Shown: positions 1 through 7,514, counted from the first letter of the stretch. The stretch: DNA of 15,099 nt from Verrucomicrobiota bacterium (GCA_039798785.1 JBDKFG010000090.1:1-15099), one strand, 5' to 3'. The notes: generated by a model not told the origin, from the letters alone. Program-made: numbers and translations.

Positions 1-1125
1 CTCAAAGACCCGGTCGACACCCCGATCCCGAAGCTCAAGGCCAGCCTCAAAGAAGAACGCCAGCCCGATGGCTCGCTGCACCTCATCTACACCAAAGACA
101 CCTGCACTCTCGACTATCGCAAGATCGGCAAGCTGGTCGATCATCCCTCGCTGCCCTTGGCCCCGGATGCGCCCTTCATCATCCATGGCCTCTTGACCCA
201 GGACGACAACGGCGCTCTCGAATACCAAGCCATCAGCCCCAGCTTGAGCCCGGACGCGATCGAGGAGATCAAGAGCCATGATCGCATCAAATCCTCGAGC
301 AGAAAACCCTCCACCTCCCTCGTCCTCAGCCTGCAGAATTCACTCGTCACCAACATCAGCTTTTTTGATCCTTGCGGTCATCAGTGGGCTGAATGGCACT
401 CCTTGAGAGGCGGAATACAAATCAAGAACCACGCCAAAGGGCTCTATGCTGTCGAAGTCCCCAAATATGCCGTTGAGTTGGGGCGCCCGCTCGACATCTT
501 GCTCAATGTCCATCTTGATCCCGAATCGCTCCATCCTGGGGATTCCAGACTCGGCACCTTGCGGTCATATCCCAACCTCAAGTTAACTGAGATCCACAAC
601 CACATCTCTGGTCAACGAATCAAAACTGTGAAGTTTTCTGGTGAAAACCTGGAGATTTTCACCTTTCACGAAGGCTTCTCATGGGTCACAGGTCAAGAGA
701 TCACCACGAACGGATGGTCCTCGTGTTACTCGAACTGGGCTGACTTCGAGCACAGGCTGGCCGATGGCTCATTCACGGCTTTCCCAATCCGAGTTTACCA
801 TCGAAACGAACGTCATTGGATCCACCTTCCAGCATCGGCGAAATACCCGGCACGGGTTGACCAGGATCTCCTCGAATGGCGCATTCAGAAGGCCACTCGT
901 ATGTTAGGAAAACATGAATTCCATCAATGGATGACGGATCTCCAGCTGAGCATTCCCATGACCTGGGATGGCGTTGAAATCCCCCACGAATTCCCCGCCG
1001 GCACCAGCATCCGCGACATGCTGAAGCACTATTTCGGGCACTCCCTCGGCCTTGGACAGCGTCTTCGTGTAGATGATCGCAAAATCAAAGTCACCCGCTT
1101 CGGCATGCGATCCTACTTGCCATGA
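1..1125 (+). CDS. Hypothetical protein, 5'-truncated by the window edge
   Basis: Frame 1 is open from base 1 (LKDPVDTPIPKLKASLKEERQPDG...) through the 157..1125 ORF to TGA at 1123-1125, so the true start lies upstream. No family recognised. The C-terminus (TSIRDMLKHYFGHSLGLGQRLRVDDRKIKVTR) loosely resembles an STN-like module. Confidence 0.7.
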   Translation, partial: LKDPVDTPIPKLKASLKEERQPDGSLHLIYTKDTCTLDYRKIGKLVDHPSLPLAPDAPFIIHGLLTQDDNGALEYQAISPSLSPDAIEEIKSHDRIKSSSRKPSTSLVLSLQNSLVTNISFFDPCGHQWAEWHSLRGGIQIKNHAKGLYAVEVPKYAVELGRPLDILLNVHLDPESLHPGDSRLGTLRSYPNLKLTEIHNHISGQRIKTVKFSGENLEIFTFHEGFSWVTGQEITTNGWSSCYSNWADFEHRLADGSFTAFPIRVYHRNERHWIHLPASAKYPARVDQDLLEWRIQKATRMLGKHEFHQWMTDLQLSIPMTWDGVEIPHEFPAGTSIRDMLKHYFGHSLGLGQRLRVDDRKIKVTRFGMRSYLP

Positions 1126-1128
1126 ACC

Positions 1129-1147
1129 CTCGATCGGGACGATCGAG
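1129..1147 (+). terminator. Hairpin directly after the ORF1 stop (possible terminator or processing stem, no U-tract)
   Basis: CTCGATCG-gga-CGATCGAG, a perfect 8-bp stem starting 3 nt after TGA. Confidence 0.35.
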
Positions 1148-1157
1148 CCACATCCTG

Positions 1158-1178
1158 GGAGCGCCGGCTGCCAGCCGG
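1158..1178 (+). repeat. REP-like palindrome (GGAG + GC-rich hairpin)
   Basis: GGAG-cg-CCGGCT-gcc-AGCCGG, intergenic. Matches the GTAG/GGAG-tetranucleotide-plus-palindrome architecture of REP sequences. Confidence 0.5.
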
Positions 1179-1211
1179 TTGTAGCTGGCCGCTTGGGTCA
1201 CGTCCGTCCAT

Positions 1212-1246
1212 AAATCTTATTTTTTAATGTGCACAAAATAAGTTTT
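1212..1246. promoter_or_regulatory. AT-rich inverted repeat, putative operator upstream of the aldehyde dehydrogenase
   Basis: CTTATTTT (1216-1223) N11 AAAATAAG (1235-1242), extendable by AAA/TTT, with the palindrome TGTGCACA at 1228-1235. It lies about 45-75 bp before the ATG. Confidence 0.45.
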
Positions 1247-1286
1247 GGGATATTTTCGGCTTCAACCCAACCCGGAGACCCCCATC

Positions 1287-2864
1287 ATGCACGGACAGAA
1301 TTTCATCGCCGGCGAACTTTGCGCCGAAGGCAAAAGCACCCTGGTAGCCAGCAAACCCGGCAGCGGCGAAGTCCTTCCCGGCGTTTTTGTGGAAGCCAGC
1401 GCCGCCGAGCTCGATCGCGCCTGCTGCGCCGCCGCCCAGGCCTTCCCGATCACTCGCGCCCTCTCCGGCAAAGAAAAAGCCACCTTCCTCCGCTGTATCG
1501 CCGATGAGATCCTCGCCCTCGGCGAGACCCTGATCCAACGCGCCTGCGCCGAATCGGCCCTGCCCGAAGCACGGATCACCGGCGAACGCGGCCGCACCAT
1601 CGGCCAACTCAAGCTCTTCGCCGACCTGGTCGAAGAAGGCTCCTGGGTCGACGCCCGGATCGACACCGCCCTGCCGGATCGCCAGCCGCTGCCCCGTCCC
1701 GACCTCCGCTCGATGAAGCGAGCCCTCGGCCCGGTCGCGGTCTTCGGCGCCTCGAATTTCCCCCTCGCCTTCAGCACCGCCGGCGGCGACACCGCCTCGG
1801 CCCTGGCCGCCGGCTGCCCGGTCGTCGTCAAAGCTCATCCCTTCCACCCCGGCACCGCCGAACTCGTCGCCGGCGCCATCGCCGCGGCGGTGAAAAAATG
1901 TGGCTTGCCCGCCGGCACCTTCTCGATGCTCCACGGCGCCGGCGCCGCCGTCGGCCAGGCCCTCGTCATCCACCCCGCGATCAAAGCCGTCGGTTTCACC
2001 GGCTCGCTCGGCGCCGGACGCGCCATCTACGCCGCCTGCGCGACCCGTCCCGAGCCGATCCCGGTCTTCGCCGAGCTGGGCGCCAACAACCCGCAATTCA
2101 TCCTTCCCGGCGCCCTCGCGACCCGCTCCGCCGCCCTCGCCAGCGGCCTCGCCGGATCGATCACCATGGGCGCCGGCCAGTTCTGCACCAACCCCGGCAT
2201 GACGGTGCTGGTCGACGACGCCGCCGGCCGGGCCTTCGCGGCGCAGCTCGGCGAGGAACTCGCCAAGATCGCCCCCGGCACCGCCGTCGCCTGCCCGATT
2301 GCCAGCGCCTACGAGAAGGGCCTCGCCGCCAAGATCGCCGCCGGCGAAGTCGAGCTCATCGCCAAGTCGAAACTCGCCCCGGTCCGGGCCGAATCGGCAA
2401 TGATCCCGGCTCTGATCGCGACCAGCGCCGCCAACTACCTCGCCAAGCCCGAGCTCGCGCATGAAGTCTTCGGCCCGGTCAGCCAAATCGTCTGGGTCAA
2501 GTCGGCCGCCGAAATGGTCTCTTTCGCCCGCCAGCTCGAAGGCCAGCTCACCGCCAGCATCCACGGTGAAGCGGCGGAACTGACCCAGTCCGGCGAGCTC
2601 ATCGCCGTGCTCGAGGAAAAGGCCGGACGCGTCATCGTCAACCAGTTCCCCACCGGCGTCGAGGTCTGCCACGCGATCTTCCACGGCGGCCCTTTCCCCG
2701 CCTCGACCGCTCCGGCGACCACTTCGGTGGGCAGCGGCGCCATCGAGCGTTTCAGCCGCCCGGTGTGCTACCAGAACCTGCCGCAGTCCCTCCTTCCCGC
2801 CGAACTGCGCGACGACAACCCCCTCGGCCTGATGCGCCTGGTCAACGGCCAAAGGACTCGCTGA
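1287..2864 (+). CDS. Aldehyde dehydrogenase (NADP+), alpha-ketoglutaric semialdehyde dehydrogenase (KGSADH)-like
   Basis: ALDH motifs VFGASNFPLAFSTAGGDTASALAAGCPVVVKAH, GFTGS, catalytic Glu region FAELGANNP, catalytic Cys AGQFCTNPG, EVFGP, and C-terminal HGGPFPAST...TSVG..AIERF.RPVCYQN typical of the KGSADH subfamily. ATG 1287 chosen because GGAG lies at 1274-1277. Confidence 0.93.
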   Translation: MHGQNFIAGELCAEGKSTLVASKPGSGEVLPGVFVEASAAELDRACCAAAQAFPITRALSGKEKATFLRCIADEILALGETLIQRACAESALPEARITGERGRTIGQLKLFADLVEEGSWVDARIDTALPDRQPLPRPDLRSMKRALGPVAVFGASNFPLAFSTAGGDTASALAAGCPVVVKAHPFHPGTAELVAGAIAAAVKKCGLPAGTFSMLHGAGAAVGQALVIHPAIKAVGFTGSLGAGRAIYAACATRPEPIPVFAELGANNPQFILPGALATRSAALASGLAGSITMGAGQFCTNPGMTVLVDDAAGRAFAAQLGEELAKIAPGTAVACPIASAYEKGLAAKIAAGEVELIAKSKLAPVRAESAMIPALIATSAANYLAKPELAHEVFGPVSQIVWVKSAAEMVSFARQLEGQLTASIHGEAAELTQSGELIAVLEEKAGRVIVNQFPTGVEVCHAIFHGGPFPASTAPATTSVGSGAIERFSRPVCYQNLPQSLLPAELRDDNPLGLMRLVNGQRTR

Positions 2865-2898
2865 TATGTTGTGCCCCGCTAAGGCGGTCAAACAGAAC

Positions 2899-2918
2899 GT
2901 AGTGCCGAGGGCTCGGCA
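2899..2918 (+). repeat. REP-like palindrome (GTAG + hairpin)
   Basis: GTAG-TGCCGAG-gg-CTCGGCA between convergent genes. Canonical REP layout. It could also act as a terminator stem. Confidence 0.5.
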
Positions 2919-2949
2919 GAGGGCTTGCCGGGGAGAGAGGAGGGGGATT

Positions 2950-4113
2950 TCAGCTTTCCCCGCGGATCCGCGCCAGTCGCTCCGGCCCCGGCGCGGCGGC
3001 GAGGAAGCCGGGAAGGGTCTGGTCATTGCGGCGGGGACGCTTGAGGAATGCCACCGGCCATTCGGTGATGCGGGGCTCGCGGCGATGGAAGAACTTCCCA
3101 TCCTCGGGTTCGTCGAGGTATTCGTGCTGATAGACCAGCGCGACCAGCTCGCCGCCTTTCGCCTTTTCCGCCTCCGCGGCTTCCGCATAAGTGGCGAATG
3201 CCTTGAAGCTGCTGCGTTTCCAGAGGCGGTATTCGAGAATTGCATCCCAGACATAGCCGCCTCCGGCCTTGGCTGAAGCTGCGTATTTGCCGACTGCCTC
3301 CGGCAGCAGGGCGTCGGGATAGCTGGCCGAGCTCTGCGTGCGCTCCAGGAAGGCGGCGCTGATCTCTTCCATGCCGATCTCTTTCTTCGGCGCCTGGATC
3401 TTGAACACCGGGCGGCCATTCACAACCTTGCAGCGCTGACCCACCTGCAGCTTTACCAAGTCGACGAAGGCCGGGAAATAGGCGACCAAGGTCGAGAGAT
3501 TGATGTAAACTGTCTTCTTGGCTGTCACTTCAAACCAGTGATCTCCACTCCGCTTGATCGTGGGCGAGTTAAACGCCTTCAGGTCAGGTTCCATGGCAAT
3601 CCAAAGGACTTCGTCCTTGTATTCAAAGTCGATGGGATGCGGTTCGAAGAACCAACGCAGCGGAGGGTTCCTCTCCGGCGAGTAGGGGTGGCTCAGGTCG
3701 AGACCGCAGTTACCGAAGTCCTCCATCGGACCGACGTAGACCTGATAGAGTTTCTTGACCGGCCCGTCAAAGGTGAGGATCGGGGCCCAAGAAGGATCGG
3801 CATCCTGCAAATTGAGCACAATGTTCGGCTGATGGCGCGCTAAGTAGACATTGTAAAAGGTGCATTGCTTGGGTGATTTTTGATGGATGACGCTGCCGAT
3901 GAAATCGGGAAAGCAGAGCCAAGTATGACTCATGAAGATGTAGCACTTGTCCCCATCAATGAGGTAGCAGTAGCGCGGAGCCCAGGGGAGATCCACTCGC
4001 CGGAATTTGAGCTTATTGAGGACACCCCAATCTTCAGCTTCCATGTACTTTGCTTCCGGCTTGTCATTCAAGTGGCAGATCTTGGTGTAGCGGGCGAGGT
4101 GTTCGGGGGACAT
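2950..4113 (-). CDS. Hypothetical protein, apparent fusion of an unknown N-terminal region and a conserved small C-terminal domain
   Basis: 387-aa ORF. The C-terminal ~125 aa (YPDA..PE.VG.Y...AKAGGGYVWDAILEYRLW...EYLDEPEDG.F.H.RE.RITEWPVAFL.RPRR...) resemble, from memory, a family of small stand-alone proteins often loosely labelled 'GCN5 family acetyltransferase'. No clear acetyl-CoA-binding motif seen. Confidence 0.7.
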   Translation of the reverse strand: MSPEHLARYTKICHLNDKPEAKYMEAEDWGVLNKLKFRRVDLPWAPRYCYLIDGDKCYIFMSHTWLCFPDFIGSVIHQKSPKQCTFYNVYLARHQPNIVLNLQDADPSWAPILTFDGPVKKLYQVYVGPMEDFGNCGLDLSHPYSPERNPPLRWFFEPHPIDFEYKDEVLWIAMEPDLKAFNSPTIKRSGDHWFEVTAKKTVYINLSTLVAYFPAFVDLVKLQVGQRCKVVNGRPVFKIQAPKKEIGMEEISAAFLERTQSSASYPDALLPEAVGKYAASAKAGGGYVWDAILEYRLWKRSSFKAFATYAEAAEAEKAKGGELVALVYQHEYLDEPEDGKFFHRREPRITEWPVAFLKRPRRNDQTLPGFLAAAPGPERLARIRGES

Positions 4114-4153
4114 GTGGGCTCCGAAAAATGAGGGTGTGAGGTGGGCGACATAG

Positions 4154-4199
4154 CACCCAGCCCGATGGGCTGGGCTATCAAAAGCGGTCCTTCGGACCG
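4154..4199 (+). repeat. 46-bp double-hairpin repeat, copy 1 (downstream of tnpA)
   Basis: CACCCAGCCCGATGGGCTGGGCTATCAAAAGCGGTCCTTCGGACCG, the exact reverse complement of 4754-4799. Contains stems CCCAGCCC/GGGCTGGG and CGGTCC/GGACCG. Confidence 0.95.
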
Positions 4200-4211
4200 G
4201 AACGCGGAGGG

Positions 4212-4664
4212 CTAATCCCAGACGTAGCGTTCGTCGAATTCGAGCTCATGCTTGATCAGGAAGGCTCGGAATTCGTCTTGATAGCTTTGGCCGTGGTGAT
4301 GTTCGTGTTGATGGTCGATGTAGTCCTCGACTTGGGCCCGAAACGAGGAGCTGACCGAGAAGATGCCGTAGCCGTGTTGCCAATGGAAATGCTGGTAGCG
4401 CTCGCCCTGAGTCTTGAGGAATTTCGACGAAGCTACCTTGATCGCTTCGATCAGGTCGGCGGGAGCGCAGGTGCGAGGATGCGCAATGAAGAGATGGATG
4501 TGATCTTCCACCGATCCGGCCCGCAACAAAGTGCCGCGAAGGCCATCGACCACGCCGCCAATGACCGCGTGGAGCTGCGGCCGCACCGCATCCTCCAAGA
4601 TCGGCTCGCGGAACTTGGTCGAGAAAATCACATGCACCAGGAGGCGCGACAAGGATTGCGGCAT
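4212..4664 (-). CDS. tnpA: IS200/IS605-family Y1 HUH transposase, stand-alone (REP-associated type), no TnpB
   Basis: 150 aa. N-terminal HVIFSTK.R.P, HUH motif EDHIHL, K..SSK, WQ.GYG.FSVS, catalytic Tyr with downstream Gln in YIDHQ.EHH, C-terminal EF..FL.KH..EFDERYVWD. GGGAG RBS upstream. Frame intact. Confidence 0.95.
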   Translation of the reverse strand: MPQSLSRLLVHVIFSTKFREPILEDAVRPQLHAVIGGVVDGLRGTLLRAGSVEDHIHLFIAHPRTCAPADLIEAIKVASSKFLKTQGERYQHFHWQHGYGIFSVSSSFRAQVEDYIDHQHEHHHGQSYQDEFRAFLIKHELEFDERYVWD

Positions 4665-4697
4665 GAGGGGGCTCCCTGTTGTTCGGTCCGAAAGATT

Positions 4698-4741
4698 CCC
4701 AGACCTCCGGTCTGGGCTGTCAAAAGCGCGCCTTCAGCGCG
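4698..4741 (+). repeat. Double-hairpin repeat, copy 2 (divergent, compensatory changes)
   Basis: CCCAGACC-tcc-GGTCTGGG-CTGTCAAAAG-CGCGC-cttca-GCGCG aligns without gaps to 4156-4199. Both stems are retained. Confidence 0.9.
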
Positions 4742-4753
4742 AGCTCATTTGTT

Positions 4754-4799
4754 CGGTCCGAAGGACCGCTTTTGATAGCCCAGCCCATCGGGCTGGGTG
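4754..4799 (-). repeat. 46-bp double-hairpin repeat, copy 3 (inverted, upstream of tnpA)
   Basis: CGGTCCGAAGGACCGCTTTTGATAGCCCAGCCCATCGGGCTGGGTG, a perfect inverted copy of 4154-4199. Confidence 0.95.
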
Positions 4800-4816
4800 G
4801 TGTGTGGCGATGTGAG

Positions 4817-6442
4817 TTACCCCTTCAGCGCCCCATCGACGATCTGCTGCGCTTCGCTCTGCAATCTCGCCAGGTGTTCGGCGCCGACGAAGGATTCGGC
4901 GTAGATCTTGTAGACGTCTTCGGTGCCAGAGGGGCGGGCGGCGAACCAGCCGCGGGCGGTGGTCACTTTGACGCCGCCGATCTCCTCGTTGTTGCCGGGG
5001 GCGCGGCTCATCTTTGCGGTCACCGCATCGCCGGCGAGGGTGGCGGCGGTGATCTTCTCGGGCGAGAGCTTCTTGAGATTGTTCTTGTCGGCGGCGGAGC
5101 AGGCGGCGTCGCGGCGGGCGTAGTAGGAGACGCCGTGGCGCTGCTCCAACTCGGCGTAGTGCTGGCCGGGATCCTTGCCGGTGACCGCGATGATCTCGGC
5201 GGCGAGCAGGCAGAGGATCAGTCCGTCCTTGTCGGTGCTCCACACGGTGCCGTCCTTGCGCAGGAAGGAGCCACCGGCGGATTCCTCGCCGCCGAAGCCC
5301 AGGTTCCCACCGACGAGGCCGTCGACGAACCACTTGAAGCCGACGGGGACTTCGGTGACCTGGCGGCCGATGTCGGCGGCGACGCGGTCGATCATCGCCG
5401 AGCTGACCAGGGTCTTGCCGATGCGGGCGGATTTCGGCCAGTTCGGGCGGTGCGAGAAGAGGTATTGGATCGCCACCGCGAGGTAGGCGTTGGGGTTCAT
5501 CAGGCCGTGCGAGCGGCTGACGATGCCGTGGCGGTCGGCGTCGGGGTCGTTGGCGAAGGCGATGTCGTACTTGTCCTTCATCGCCACCAGGCCGGCCATG
5601 GCGTGGGGCGAGGAGCAGTCCATGCGGATCTTGCCGTCGTGGTCGACGTGCATGAAGGCGAAGGCGGGGTCGACGCCGGGGTTGACCACTTCAAGTTTGA
5701 GTCCGTAGGCCTTGGCGATGGCGGGCCAGTAGTCGACGGCGGCGCCGCCGAGGGGGTCGACGCCGATCTTGACGCCGGCCTTGGCGATGGCGGCCATGTC
5801 GATCACCGAAGCGAGGTCGGCGACGTAGTTGCCGAGGAAGTCGTGTTCCTTGACGCAGGAGGCCTTGAGGGCTTCGGCGTAGGGCAGGCGCTGGACTTCT
5901 TTCAGGCCGGCGGCGATGATGGCGTTGGCGCGCTTCTCGACCCAGCCGGTGATGTTGGTGTCGGCGGGGCCGCCGTTGACCGGGTTGTACTTGAAGCCGC
6001 CGTCCTGGGGCGGGTTGTGCGAGGGGGTGATGACGATGCCGTCGGCGAGGCCGGACTTCTTGCCGCGGTTGGCGCAGAGGATGGCGTGGGAGATGGCGGG
6101 GGTGGGGGTGTAGCCTTGTTGCCAGCGGACTTCGACGCGGTGGGCGGCGAGGACTTCGAGGGCGGACTGGAAGGCGTCCTCGGAGAGGGCGTGCGAGTCC
6201 TTGCCGATGAAGAGCGGTCCGTCGACGCCTTGCGACTTGCGGTATTCGCAGATCGCCTGGGTGGTGGCGAGGATGTGGGCTTCGTTGAAGGATCCCTTGA
6301 GCGAGCAGCCGCGGTGGCCGCTGGTGCCGAAGGCGACGGGCTCGAGGCCGGTCTTGGTCTCCCAGTAGGCGCGGCGCAGGGCGGCGATGTCGGTGAGAAT
6401 GGCGGTCGTGGCTTTCTTGCCGGCGAGAGGATGCAGGGCCAT
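4817..6442 (-). CDS. pgm: Phosphoglucomutase (alpha-D-glucose-1,6-bisphosphate-dependent)
   Basis: FGTSGHRG, phosphoserine loop TPSHNPP, metal loop DPDADRHG, sugar-binding [14 protein letters not shown] and [16 protein letters not shown], all of E. coli Pgm type. GGAG RBS at 6451-6454. Confidence 0.97.
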   Translation of the reverse strand: MALHPLAGKKATTAILTDIAALRRAYWETKTGLEPVAFGTSGHRGCSLKGSFNEAHILATTQAICEYRKSQGVDGPLFIGKDSHALSEDAFQSALEVLAAHRVEVRWQQGYTPTPAISHAILCANRGKKSGLADGIVITPSHNPPQDGGFKYNPVNGGPADTNITGWVEKRANAIIAAGLKEVQRLPYAEALKASCVKEHDFLGNYVADLASVIDMAAIAKAGVKIGVDPLGGAAVDYWPAIAKAYGLKLEVVNPGVDPAFAFMHVDHDGKIRMDCSSPHAMAGLVAMKDKYDIAFANDPDADRHGIVSRSHGLMNPNAYLAVAIQYLFSHRPNWPKSARIGKTLVSSAMIDRVAADIGRQVTEVPVGFKWFVDGLVGGNLGFGGEESAGGSFLRKDGTVWSTDKDGLILCLLAAEIIAVTGKDPGQHYAELEQRHGVSYYARRDAACSAADKNNLKKLSPEKITAATLAGDAVTAKMSRAPGNNEEIGGVKVTTARGWFAARPSGTEDVYKIYAESFVGAEHLARLQSEAQQIVDGALKG

Positions 6443-6491
6443 GGGGGGATCTCCACTTGGGGTTGTTGAGGAATCATCGACGATGCTACTG

Positions 6492-6521
6492 ATTCTAGCT
6501 TCAGGAAGGGGAGGATAGCAA
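6492..6521 (-). promoter_or_regulatory. Putative sigma70 promoter of pgm
   Basis: Minus strand TTGCTA (6521-6516), 18 bp spacer, TAGAAT (6497-6492), about 50 bp before the ATG. Confidence 0.55.
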
Positions 6522-6543
6522 GGGCGCTGCCACGGAAAACGGC

Positions 6544-7185
6544 TTAGAGATCCGGCTTCTCCCAGATCGGGACGCCGAGGAATTCGGCGAGGTGCTGGGC
6601 GTCGGTGCGCAATTCCTCGAGTCTGCCGTGGTCGACGACGCCGAGGCGAGATCCGTCGCTCAGCACCAGGTTGAGTTCGTAGCTGTAGAAGGAGGAATTC
6701 TTGGTCTTGCAGCGTTCGCCGAGGATCTGCAGGGCGCGGATCTCGTCAAGTTTGCAGGCGGCCTTGAGGTTTTCCCGTCGCGGCAGTCCCAGCGGTTCCT
6801 GGCGGCTTTTCCAATACCAGCCGCGGGCCTTGTCGAATACGATCGGCTTGGTGAATTCACGCCAGAGGGCGATGCCGATGGTCAGGAGAACGGCTCCGAC
6901 GATGGCGGCTGCCCAGGGGAAGTTCTTCTTGACGAAGGCGGCGAGGATCAAGGTCGCAGGGAGGACGATGAAGATTCCGGCGCAGAAGCGGGCAGCTGCG
7001 GTGGCGCGGAATTCGAGGCGCTGGCTGTGCTGGAAGTCGAGCTGGTGGGTGCGGATGTTGGTGCCGCCCTGGACCAGGGGAGACCAGTCGATTCGCTGGG
7101 CGAGGGGATCGCCGAAGACCGAGGGGTCGAAGGGCGGCTTTTCGGTGACCCCTAATAAACGCTTGATCTGATCGAGTAAGGACAT
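6544..7185 (-). CDS. Hypothetical membrane protein with two TM helices and a soluble C-terminal domain
   Basis: 213 aa. Hydrophobic segments [19 protein letters not shown] and [18 protein letters not shown], followed by [17 protein letters not shown]....[10 protein letters not shown]. Host-like codon usage. Confidence 0.8.
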   Translation of the reverse strand: MSLLDQIKRLLGVTEKPPFDPSVFGDPLAQRIDWSPLVQGGTNIRTHQLDFQHSQRLEFRATAAARFCAGIFIVLPATLILAAFVKKNFPWAAAIVGAVLLTIGIALWREFTKPIVFDKARGWYWKSRQEPLGLPRRENLKAACKLDEIRALQILGERCKTKNSSFYSYELNLVLSDGSRLGVVDHGRLEELRTDAQHLAEFLGVPIWEKPDL

Positions 7186-7284
7186 GGCGATCTTCCGGTT
7201 TGATGAAGGAAGCTAGCCGTCGCGGCCGCTTTTGGCTAACGAGGGCCAAGGCTCCCCATGGCCGTTTTGGAAGGAGGCAGCCTC

Positions 7285-7459
7285 AAAAATCTCGGCGTGT
7301 CACACTCGAATTCCAGTATCACAGCTTAGGGAGTCAGGGAACTGGAATAAGGGAGTGCTTGGACTCCTCAAATCCGGCCTCTCTGGCTCCCTGAAAAGCA
7401 GCTTGAACCTGGATTCCGAAGTTGAAGATCGATAACGGTTGATTCCACAGCGGATTTTT
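7285..7459 (+). ncRNA. Candidate rod-shaped structured RNA (6S RNA-like)
   Basis: Nested pairings read by eye: AAAAATC(7285)/GATTTTT(7459); TCCAG(7312-7316)/CTGGA(7409-7413); a central unpaired region; a 13-bp stem 7328-7340/7380-7392 with two G.U; CTGGA/TCCGG; GGAGT/ACTCC. 175 nt. No covariance-model search was possible. Confidence 0.35.
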
Positions 7460-7514
7460 CAATTTTCAATCTTTGATTTTGTTGATGTTATCTGGAATTT
7501 TGAATTTTGAATCC

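Noticed and set aside
1224..3419. 731-aa minus-strand ORF
   Set aside because: Mostly an antisense shadow of the well-supported ALDH gene, and also overlapping ORF 2950..4113 in another frame. Long shadows are expected in high-GC DNA.
4154..4799. CRISPR array or TnpB/omega-RNA system around tnpA
   Set aside because: Repeats are few, in mixed orientation and without regular spacers. No cas, tnpB or iscB ORF is adjacent. The downstream 387-aa ORF shows no RuvC or zinc-finger motifs.
4679..6469. 596-aa plus-strand ORF
   Set aside because: Antisense shadow of pgm with no recognisable motifs.
7190..7290. SRP RNA or riboswitch (GAAGGAAGC-like string, small hairpins such as GAGGC-a-GCCTC)
   Set aside because: The SRP CAGG..GRAA..AGCAG helix is not formed and no riboswitch consensus was recognised.
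7200..7435. Short ORFs 7200..7394 and 7232..7435
   Set aside because: No convincing RBS, atypical codon usage, and overlap with structured non-coding sequence.
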